From NCBI GenBank assembly GCA_040776945.1, contig JAXGZN010000002.1:640001-704000 (forward strand): 64,000 nucleotides of DNA, in the 5' to 3' direction. Positions 40,133-48,043 of the stretch are shown piece after piece. This DNA comes from Methanomassiliicoccaceae archaeon (GTDB lineage Archaea; Thermoplasmatota; Thermoplasmata; Methanomassiliicoccales; Methanomassiliicoccaceae). The first letter of the stretch is position 1, and every line of letters begins with the position of its first letter. The position numbers and the translations under genes were made by a program. Under the pieces are notes generated by a model, which worked only from the letters and a program-made list of their open reading frames with translations, was not told the origin of the DNA and did not search any database.

Positions 40133-40456
40133 TCAGGCCTCTCCTCCCGTAAGGCGCAGTCCCACTATGCCCACGATGATGAGGGCGATGAAGGCCAGCC
40201 TGACCAGGTCCTTGGAGTCCCCGAAAAGGACGATGCCCAGGAGCACCACGCCCACCGAGCCTATCCCGGTCCATACCGCGTACGCGGTCCCCAAGGGAAG
40301 GTCCTTGGTCCCGAGCATCAGGAAGTAGAAGCTGAGGATGTAGGTTATCACCGTGGCGATGCTTGCAAAAAGGTCCCGGAAACCATCGGAGTACTTCAGC
40401 CCGATGGCCCACCCTATCTCCAAGGCCCCCGCGATGACGATGTATGTCCAGCCCAT
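40133..40456 (-). CDS. sugE: SMR family efflux transporter (SugE/Gdx-like)
   Basis: AG.LE.GWA.GLK.S.GF, LP.GTAYAVWTGIG and G.VGL motifs. Confidence 0.88.
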   Translation of the reverse strand: MGWTYIVIAGALEIGWAIGLKYSDGFRDLFASIATVITYILSFYFLMLGTKDLPLGTAYAVWTGIGSVGVVLLGIVLFGDSKDLVRLAFIALIIVGIVGLRLTGGEA

Positions 40457-40638
40457 GTGCCGCCGTTAGGCCGCCCATATATATAACGGGAACTCGAAGG
40501 GCGGCCGTTCGGGCCCGCAGGCGGCACGGCGGATCTTGGCCAGAGCGTCAAAGGTCCGCAGATGTTGCGGTCAACCCATATATATGATGGGCGGGGACGT
40601 CGACCCGGGCGGTCATGCCGCCGGGAAAAGGATGGACT

Positions 40639-40965
40639 ATGGTCACCACGGAAACAAGGAAGAAGCTCTCCGAGGCGGGGAAGAAGGGGGCCGAGGAGAG
40701 GTGGTCATCTGGAAGGGAGATCAGCGATCAGACCAGGGCCAAGCTGTCAGAGGCCGGAAGGCGCGGGGCGGAGGCCCAGCCCCGGGAGGCCAAGGTGCTC
40801 GGCGGGGAGAGGGGAGCTGCGGCAAGATGGGGCTCGGGAAGGGAGATATCGCCAGAGACCAAGGAGAAGCTCTCCATGGCCGGGAAGAAGGGCGCGGCGG
40901 CGGAGCCTCGGGAGGCCAAGGTCAAAGGCGGCAAGAGGTCGGCGGAAGAACGCTGGGGCACCTAG
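40639..40965 (+). CDS. Small hydrophilic repeat protein (KGG/GsiB-like)
   Basis: Repeated KLSEAG(K/R)(K/R)G; 42-aa tandem units. Confidence 0.7.
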   Translation: MVTTETRKKLSEAGKKGAEERWSSGREISDQTRAKLSEAGRRGAEAQPREAKVLGGERGAAARWGSGREISPETKEKLSMAGKKGAAAEPREAKVKGGKRSAEERWGT

Positions 40966-41170
40966 ATCGACGTCGGAAGCGCCGAGCTCGCGCCTGAAGC
41001 AAAAGCATCGCCGGAACGGCGGAGGATGCGGCAGTTGGCCCGTTCACCTTCCGGACCCGCTCCGATGCCCGTTCTCGCGGCCTCAGACCCGACCGCTCAC
41101 AGCGCGACCCGCCGCCCGCCCGGCTCCGGAGCCCGGCGTCCCGGGCGGCATGCTCCACCCGTCGGCGGTC

Positions 41171-41545
41171 CTACCTGCCGTCCTGCTTGAGCGCCCGGGA
41201 GATCTCGGCGTCCAGGCCCTTGAGGGCCTCCTTGACCATGGCCGGGGGCCTGATCTCCATGGTGAACGCGTTCTCTGGACAAAGGTGAGTGCAGCGGGTG
41301 CAGCCCCGGCAGGCCCGGTCGTCGACCGCTGCCTTTCGGTCGTCCCCCATGGATATGGCGCCGAAGCGGCAGAAGCCCTTTCGAACGCATGCGCCGCAGC
41401 CCACGCACCGCTCCTTCCGCACCAGCGCCCTCAGGCCCGGAACGCGGGCGTACTTGTCAGCGGCCTTCCATGTCTTCCTGATCGCCGCCCTGCCAATGAC
41501 GGAGACCGGGTTCTCGTATCTCGGGTCCATTCTCATGTCTCTCAC
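41171..41545 (-). CDS. 2x[4Fe-4S] ferredoxin-domain protein
   Basis: CVGCGAC....C and CRGCTRCTHLCP motifs. Confidence 0.8.
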   Translation of the reverse strand: MRDMRMDPRYENPVSVIGRAAIRKTWKAADKYARVPGLRALVRKERCVGCGACVRKGFCRFGAISMGDDRKAAVDDRACRGCTRCTHLCPENAFTMEIRPPAMVKEALKGLDAEISRALKQDGR

Positions 41546-41894
41546 GGGGCGCGCATCGGGGCACGTCCAACGCTCAAAATCCCGAAGGAGTACTTAGAGC
41601 TGTCAGCCCGTCTTTCAATATCGGCGGCATCCATGCGGAAGATCCGCCTGAACGCGGCTGAGGGACATGCCTGCGGAGGACCGAGGGCTCCGCGGAAAAT
41701 AAAATTAGAGCAATCTTTATTAATAATAGGCTCAAGTAAATAGTGTTCGAACGGCGACGCCCCCTGATGAGCGGATGGAGCCTGGCGGGGGCATAGCGCT
41801 CTGGCAAAGTTTGAAGAAAGGCTCATTGGTAGTATTGCTTCGGAGAACTATCGAGCGCCCGGAAGAGAGAGAGGCATCGTTGCACAAGGACGGG

Positions 41895-42359
41895 ATGATA
41901 TTGGACCGCAGCTCCGAGGAGATCGCAGACCAAGGGAAGGCCAAGCCGAGGCAGCCGCTGAAGATACTCCTTGCGGAGGACAACCCCGGCGACGTTCAGC
42001 TGCTGATGGTCCTATTGGACATGTCCGGCCTGTCGTTCCATGTCAAGCACGTGACCGATGGGGAGAAGGCGCTGTCATATCTTCGCGGAGCGACCGATAC
42101 CGAGCTTCCGGACATTGTCCTTCTGGACCTGAGGATGCCGAGGATGGACGGCTTCGATTTTCTGAGAGAGCGGCTCAAGGACCCTCGGTTGTCCTCCATC
42201 CATACGGTGGTCCTCACAAGCTCCAACGCTCCCCGCGATCGCAGGAAGGCGATGGAACTGGGTGCTGACCTCTTCATGTTAAAGCCAGACCGGATGGACG
42301 AGGCCGAGGACCTTGTACCATGCCTTGAGCGCCTCATCCGAGAAAAGGAAGCGGCATAG
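41895..42359 (+). CDS. Single-domain response regulator (Rcp1-like)
   Basis: LLAEDNPGD, LLDL.MP.MDG, VVLTSS and KP motifs. Confidence 0.9.
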   Translation: MILDRSSEEIADQGKAKPRQPLKILLAEDNPGDVQLLMVLLDMSGLSFHVKHVTDGEKALSYLRGATDTELPDIVLLDLRMPRMDGFDFLRERLKDPRLSSIHTVVLTSSNAPRDRRKAMELGADLFMLKPDRMDEAEDLVPCLERLIREKEAA

Positions 42360-42477
42360 TCCCGCAAGGGCGGGTATTATAGAAACGCACGCCTTACGTG
42401 GAACGCAGCGCGATGACGTGGTCGACCGTTCCGGCCGGTGAACGCACCGGGGATCCATTGAAGGGAGGACAGGCGCG

Positions 42478-42921
42478 ATGAGCGCCCTCAATGTCCTGTT
42501 GGCCGAGGACAACGCGGCCGATGCCATGATCATCGAGGAGATGCTGAAGGAGACCGGCATCGACTCCTCTTTGACCTGGCTTAAGGACGGCGAGGCCGTA
42601 CTGGACCATTTCAGCCGGGGGAACACCGCGGACGTGATCATACTGGACCTCAACATGCCCAAGATGGACGGCCATACCCTGATCGGTCGATTGAGGGAGC
42701 GGGACGAGTCCCGCCGCATCGCCATCGTGGTACTGACCGGCTCCTCATCCCCTGCGGACAAAGAGAGGGTCCGAAGGTCGGGCATAGACAGCTACCTGAT
42801 CAAGCCCATGGGGATCGAGGAGATGGACGATGTGGTCAGGACCTTGAGGACGACCCTTTTAGGGGTTAAGGCCTGCCGAGATGGAATGAGGAAGGACGGG
42901 ACATCGGAAGAGCGTACCTGA
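42478..42921 (+). CDS. Single-domain response regulator (Rcp1-like)
   Basis: LLAEDN..D, ILDLNMPKMDG, VVLTGS and YLIKP motifs. Confidence 0.9.
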   Translation: MSALNVLLAEDNAADAMIIEEMLKETGIDSSLTWLKDGEAVLDHFSRGNTADVIILDLNMPKMDGHTLIGRLRERDESRRIAIVVLTGSSSPADKERVRRSGIDSYLIKPMGIEEMDDVVRTLRTTLLGVKACRDGMRKDGTSEERT

Positions 42922-43085
42922 AGTGCCGTCGAACGAACGGAACGTCCCCCTCATATCGGCCATGAGGTCCGCTTGCTCCTTGTTTTTCACACTGGGCAGG
43001 CCCTCTCCGGCCCCTGAGGCCGGGAAGCATGGATGACCATCGCCAGGCCAGGAAGGAGCGGCCCGTTCCGCGCTCCATCCCGGAC

Positions 43086-43472
43086 CTATGCCCTTATCGC
43101 CGGCCTGATGTCGAGGTCGCTGTAAAGGTAGGTCGTGAAGCCCTCGATCCCCTGGTCCACCGCCAAGCGCCGGAACTCTGCGAACGAATTGTCCGGCACT
43201 ATCACCGCCACGGGATAGCCCTCGTCCACGGCGAGGTTGTAGTCCCGGACGGCATTAGGCCTCTTCCAGCTGTCCTCGGTCTCGAAGAACTCCACCCCCA
43301 CCACCCTGTCGTCCCGGCCGAGGACGTGCATGATGCCCCACTCGTTCTTGTCATCGGAATATACTGTGTACTGCACCGCGAGGTCAGGGTCCCTAGAGGT
43401 CAAGCTCTCCGCACGAGCCGCCAAAACGCTCCTTATGTCGATCATTTCCATCCAAACGACGTCCGTCCTCAT
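43086..43472 (-). CDS. Hypothetical protein, paralog of 23491-23913
   Basis: EFFETEDSWKRP...VAVIVP...TYLY pattern. Confidence 0.6.
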   Translation of the reverse strand: MRTDVVWMEMIDIRSVLAARAESLTSRDPDLAVQYTVYSDDKNEWGIMHVLGRDDRVVGVEFFETEDSWKRPNAVRDYNLAVDEGYPVAVIVPDNSFAEFRRLAVDQGIEGFTTYLYSDLDIRPAIRA

Positions 43473-43596
43473 GGTATAATTAGCTATCCCGGCCGGGGGG
43501 CGGGCGATGGCGCGGGGCCCGGCCTCACGGCATGTAAGGCATGATTTCCCGGAAGGCTTGGATGGCCTACGGGCCGGGCATGCATAGGCCCGAAGC

Positions 43597-45567
43597 TCAT
43601 CCCTTCCTGCGCACCCACCTGATATACAGCGCCATGCTTCCCAGCAGCACTACCGCCGCCAGGCCCGCCATGACCATCACCGGCACACCCCCGCTCTCCC
43701 CGGTGCCGCTCCCTCCCTGAGCCCCGGGATCGTCAAGGTCTATGGTCTTGGTCAGGCTCCTCGACGTGCCGGCGGCATCGGTGACGGTCAGCGTGACCGT
43801 ATGGTTGCCGCCGACCGCGAAGGTGTGGTCGACCTTCGCCCCTGCCGCGGTCTGGCCGTCATCGAACTCCCAGTGGAAGCTCAACGTGCCGTTGCCTCCG
43901 TAGGAGGAGCTGGCGTCAAAGTGGGCGGTCGTCCCGCTCGCGGTGAAGGTGAACAGTCCCACCGGGGGCATGGACCGTCCCTCGCCCTCCAGAAGACTGG
44001 CTATGACCGATCCAGAGGTGGAGCCCAAATAAAGCATGCCGTCGGAGATGGATGGGGAGGCGCGGACGTTGGCCCCCGGCTCGATGGGCTCGGTCCACTC
44101 CACGTTGCCGTCATCGCTGATGGCGACCACCCGGCTGTTGGTCTCGTTGGTGACCAGATAGGTCATTCCGTTGACGGTCACCGGCGAGCCTCCGGGCGTC
44201 TCCGATCCGTAGGAGGCGGTCCACCGCACGCTGCCGTCGAGGGACAGCATGGAGAGGCCCTGTGAGGAGATGGACACCGCTCCTTGTTTCGAGACCGCCG
44301 CCTGGCCTGCGTTGCTCGCGGTGGTCGCCTTCCACACAATCGAACCGTCATAGGATATCGATGCCGCTCCGCCTCCCGACCCGGTGCCCGCGGGGTCCGA
44401 ATAGGTGACGATGAGGCGGTCGTTCATCGCCACCGGGGCGTTCAGGGCGCCCCCGACCTTAACGCTCCATTCGACCTTGCTTCCGTCCCCGGCCACGGCG
44501 TACAGCGAGCCATCGCCGCCCGGCACATACAGGGTCACGTCAAATAGCGCCGGCGTGGCGGACGCCGTGGTTCCGATGCTTCTGCTCCACGCCCTTGCTC
44601 CTTTCGCGGTCACCGCGGTTATCGTCCCGTCATCGGCGGTGACGATCAGCAGGTTCCGAAAGGTCAAGGGGGACGCAGAGATCCCGCCGCTGGTCACTGT
44701 ATAGGTCCACAGCTCGCTTCCCGTCTCCTGATCGAAGGCGTACAGCTTGCCGTCGTCCGAGGCCACGTACACAGTGTAGTCCCATAGTAGGGGTGAGGCG
44801 GTCTGGTGGCCTCTTCCCACCGGCGCGCTCCACAGGACCTCTCCCGAAGGGTCCAGGCAGAACAGCTTCGAGTCGGTGGTGTAGGACCCGGAGGAAGCTA
44901 TGCCGGAGGTGACCGCGAATATCCTCCCCCCTGAGGAAACGATAGGCGCGTCGACGGCCCCGTTGCCGAGGTCCTTCTGCCATTTTTGGACGATGCCCGA
45001 CGGTTCATAGCTCAGGTCGCTGCCGGTGTTGGCGAAATCGCCCCTCTCCGAGATCCACGGGTCCCGATACTCGGGCGTGGCCGCCGGAGGCCCGATGTAG
45101 GGGTCCCGGGCATATATGGCGGCGATTGCCTTGGTGGCGATGGGGTCGATCCCGTCCAGGAGGGTCGCCGAGTAGCGCCATTCCTTGGTATTGCTGTCCC
45201 AGACCCATAGCCGCCAGAAGTCGTAGGGCTGCTGCGGGTTGGAGAAATTATAGTTGCCTGCGTACCCGTCTATGCTCATGATCGTGTTCCCCCAGGGAGC
45301 TTCATAAGCATGGGTCTCGCTGAGCCCCAGGGTCCGGGTGGCGTTCTCGAACACGTGGAAGCCCGTCATTCCTTTCGTCACCGGCACGTCGACCCACTGT
45401 GCGCGGCCGTTCCCGAAATCGATGAGGAAGGCGCAGGCGTCAGCCTCTTGGGCCGCGGCTGCGCCGCTGTAGGCAGCAACCGAGATCAAGGCCGAGCATA
45501 TAAGGGCGGCCAGCAAGGAGCGGCCTGTCCCGGCCCTGCCCGTTCGGGACTCAAGGCTCCCGTCCAT
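43597..45567 (-). CDS. Cell-surface protein: DUF4430-like domain, PQQ-type beta-propeller, PKD domain, C-terminal TM
   Basis: Signal peptide; LIDFGNG...I.SIDG...W.LW.W; repeated G..LW propeller blades; FDAS.S...W.F.DG...HTF PKD. Confidence 0.8.
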   Translation of the reverse strand: MDGSLESRTGRAGTGRSLLAALICSALISVAAYSGAAAAQEADACAFLIDFGNGRAQWVDVPVTKGMTGFHVFENATRTLGLSETHAYEAPWGNTIMSIDGYAGNYNFSNPQQPYDFWRLWVWDSNTKEWRYSATLLDGIDPIATKAIAAIYARDPYIGPPAATPEYRDPWISERGDFANTGSDLSYEPSGIVQKWQKDLGNGAVDAPIVSSGGRIFAVTSGIASSGSYTTDSKLFCLDPSGEVLWSAPVGRGHQTASPLLWDYTVYVASDDGKLYAFDQETGSELWTYTVTSGGISASPLTFRNLLIVTADDGTITAVTAKGARAWSRSIGTTASATPALFDVTLYVPGGDGSLYAVAGDGSKVEWSVKVGGALNAPVAMNDRLIVTYSDPAGTGSGGGAASISYDGSIVWKATTASNAGQAAVSKQGAVSISSQGLSMLSLDGSVRWTASYGSETPGGSPVTVNGMTYLVTNETNSRVVAISDDGNVEWTEPIEPGANVRASPSISDGMLYLGSTSGSVIASLLEGEGRSMPPVGLFTFTASGTTAHFDASSSYGGNGTLSFHWEFDDGQTAAGAKVDHTFAVGGNHTVTLTVTDAAGTSRSLTKTIDLDDPGAQGGSGTGESGGVPVMVMAGLAAVVLLGSMALYIRWVRRKG

Positions 45568-45875
45568 GGTCGATGACTGACCTTAATGATATTTCAAGAT
45601 TCCCGGGGTTAGGACCGTTAAGTATTGATTCCTAGGTGAACTTCCTTCCTCATCATTGGAATCTCAATGGGGCCTTGTCCGGGCCCGGCGGGGCCTCCCT
45701 GCCCTGACAGGATTGCGTGATTATCGTCATAGATAATGCCAGGGGCGTAGAACGCATGCTCTGACCGACCGGCGGTCCGCTGGCCAGCGTCACTGGCGCT
45801 CCATGCGGGGGCGAAGGCCTGAAATCGATTCCGATAATAACGCAAAAAAGGTTAATACCACTTGACTTCTCCAAG

Positions 45876-46799
45876 TTGAGATTTGCTTTGAGCAGACGAC
45901 CGCTCATTATAATGGTGGCCGCCACGGCATTGTTGTTGGGGTTGCTCATAGCCCCTGTCTCTGGCTGGGCCGGAGGGGGAGGGAACAGCAACTACCAGGC
46001 AGGCGATTGCAGTTGTCATGGAACGGTGAGCTCGGCCACGGTGACCATGTCAGCGTCCTCCAAGGTCCTCCAGCCCGGAGAGAGGGTCACCGTGACGGTG
46101 ACCGTTGCCGGCGGCGAGACCGTGAACAAGCCGCTAGGCGTCATGATAATTTCCAAACTGAGCGGGAGCAGGACCATGCCCACCGAGAACGGTTGGAAGA
46201 TCCTGTCCGATTCCGTCGGCACCGCCGTCAATTACAACGAGGTGCCCTCCTATAGCGGGAGCGCCACATTCACCTGGACCCTTCAGGCCCCTGCCAATCC
46301 CGGCGCATACACCTTGTACGCAAGGATGGAGAACAGCGTCAACGGGATAGGATACTATAAGGACTACAGCGCGGGGATCGCGTTTACGGTAAGGTCCGGG
46401 GACGGTTCCTCCCTGGTGGCCATCGAGTCGCCGGCGAACGGTTCGACCCTGACCGGGAACGTGACCGTGGGCGCCATGGTGGAGGGGAAGAACATCACCT
46501 CCACCCAGCTTCTGATAGACGGCAAGCTGGTCTCCACCGGCGACGGGAGCCCGTTAAGCTATTTGATCGATACGAACGATCTGACCGATGGGGCCCACAA
46601 GATACAGGTCATCGCGACCTCGAGCGATGGTGAGGTCATCACCAGGGAGTCCAACTTCACCGTGAACAATCACGGGGCGCTCATCTTGCCGGTCCAACAG
46701 TCCGATTGGATGCCCGCCGACATGGTCTTCCTCGCCCTGATAGGATGCATGTTGGTAGTGGGCACCCGCGGGCTCAGGAGCAGTAAGAAATGGCGTTGA
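45876..46799 (+). CDS. Secreted membrane-anchored protein with N-terminal CxCH motif, reeler-like and Ig-like domains
   Basis: Signal peptide; GDCSCHG; F.WTL.AP..PG.Y; I.SP.NG..L.G Ig fold; C-terminal TM; start approximate. Confidence 0.7.
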   Translation: MRFALSRRPLIIMVAATALLLGLLIAPVSGWAGGGGNSNYQAGDCSCHGTVSSATVTMSASSKVLQPGERVTVTVTVAGGETVNKPLGVMIISKLSGSRTMPTENGWKILSDSVGTAVNYNEVPSYSGSATFTWTLQAPANPGAYTLYARMENSVNGIGYYKDYSAGIAFTVRSGDGSSLVAIESPANGSTLTGNVTVGAMVEGKNITSTQLLIDGKLVSTGDGSPLSYLIDTNDLTDGAHKIQVIATSSDGEVITRESNFTVNNHGALILPVQQSDWMPADMVFLALIGCMLVVGTRGLRSSKKWR

Positions 46800-48013
46800 A
46801 GTTGCCAAAGACAAAGTTGCCCGCCGGGCTGCGCTTGCCGCCCCGCGGTAAAGGTATCGACATCACACATCTCAGAGCGCTTCCATCGAAGCTCCCCAAG
46901 GTCGTGCGGAGGAACGCGGAACGGTACATCGGGCTCGTCATCGGGTTCTTCCTGTTCGTGGCGCCGTTCACGGTGTTCACCTGGTTCGCCTACTCGCTGA
47001 CCGGCTCTTCGGGGAACGCTTCCATTCACTCCATCTGCTACCGCCTGCCCCTTGATTGGCTCATTGGAGGCTCGGCCGCCTCGGTCGGCCCCATCGCCGC
47101 CGCCTTCGTGATAGGCGCGCTGGCAGTTGCGCTGTTGTTCGGCCCGCTGTTCTGCGGCCGCCTGTGCCCGGTCGGCGCGATGAGCGAGCTGGTGAGCCGG
47201 ATCACCCCCCTTCCGTCAAGATACAGGATGCGGATAAGGGACACAAGGGTGACGGCAAGCCTCCGCTACGGCTTCCTGGCCGGTTTCATCCTAATGGGCC
47301 TGGCGGCCGGCGGACGGGTGGCAGAGTGCTCCTACGGGGTCGACCTCGGAAGGTACTGCTCCTCCTCCATCACGGAGTACATGTCACTGGGGCTGTTCGG
47401 CGGAGCGCTGCCGGCCAACTTCTGGAACACCGGCCTGCTGCTCACCCTCTTCGCCTGGCTGGTGCTCGGGGGCATCATGATGGTCGGAGGACGGGGCTGG
47501 TGCCTGTTCTTCTGCCCGCTGGGAGCGCTGTCCGGGCTGTCCCACGCGCTGGGCTCAAGGCTCGGCCTGTACCATGTCCAGTTCCACGAGGACAAGTGCC
47601 GGCGGTGCCGGCGGTGCGAGGTCAGCTGCCCGATGTGGGCCATCGGCCTCGACCGAAGGGTCGAGCACTCGCTGTGCATAAGCTGCGGGGAGTGCGTCCA
47701 TAACTGCTCGTTCAAGGCCTATCAGGGAGGCTTCGGCCGCACCGGGGTCAAGATCACCGGGGCCGTGAAGGACCTCCTTGGACGGATCAGGTCGGTCGGC
47801 ACCTTCGCCCTGGCCTCCTCCACCGCGCCGGTGGCGGCGGTCCTCACCGGGCCCTGCGCCTCGGTGGGCTGCGCGGCCTGCCCTCTCGGGGGCGCCTGCT
47901 CGCTCGCCATGCCCCTCCTCTTCGGAGGAATGATCGCCGCTAGGAGGTCCAGGAGGATCAAGGCGGCTCTCTCCTCGCTTCGCGGACGCCTTCGCCGGAA
48001 GAGGAAGGACTAA
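46790..48013 (+). CDS. NapH/MauN/RdxA-like membrane polyferredoxin
   Basis: FCGRLCPVG and WC..FCPLG; CxxCxxCxxxCP and CxxCxxCxxxC; extra Cys-rich C-terminus. Confidence 0.85.
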   Translation: MALKLPKTKLPAGLRLPPRGKGIDITHLRALPSKLPKVVRRNAERYIGLVIGFFLFVAPFTVFTWFAYSLTGSSGNASIHSICYRLPLDWLIGGSAASVGPIAAAFVIGALAVALLFGPLFCGRLCPVGAMSELVSRITPLPSRYRMRIRDTRVTASLRYGFLAGFILMGLAAGGRVAECSYGVDLGRYCSSSITEYMSLGLFGGALPANFWNTGLLLTLFAWLVLGGIMMVGGRGWCLFFCPLGALSGLSHALGSRLGLYHVQFHEDKCRRCRRCEVSCPMWAIGLDRRVEHSLCISCGECVHNCSFKAYQGGFGRTGVKITGAVKDLLGRIRSVGTFALASSTAPVAAVLTGPCASVGCAACPLGGACSLAMPLLFGGMIAARRSRRIKAALSSLRGRLRRKRKD

Positions 48014-48043
48014 TGAGGGGCGGCGCTCATTAAGTGGGACGTC

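Noticed and set aside
40457-40540. Guanidine riboswitch upstream of sugE/gdx
   Set aside because: A TATA-like box about 25 nt before the ATG implies a leaderless mRNA; no twin ACGR hairpins found.
39126-41743. Long ORFs 39126-40478 (-) and 40562-41743 (+), and similar shadow ORFs such as 3816-5021 and 28485-29708
   Set aside because: Arg/Gly/Pro-rich alternative frames overlapping well-supported genes, typical of high-GC DNA.
45568-45875. Cobalamin riboswitch upstream of the DUF4430-like gene
   Set aside because: No recognisable B12-box consensus on either strand.
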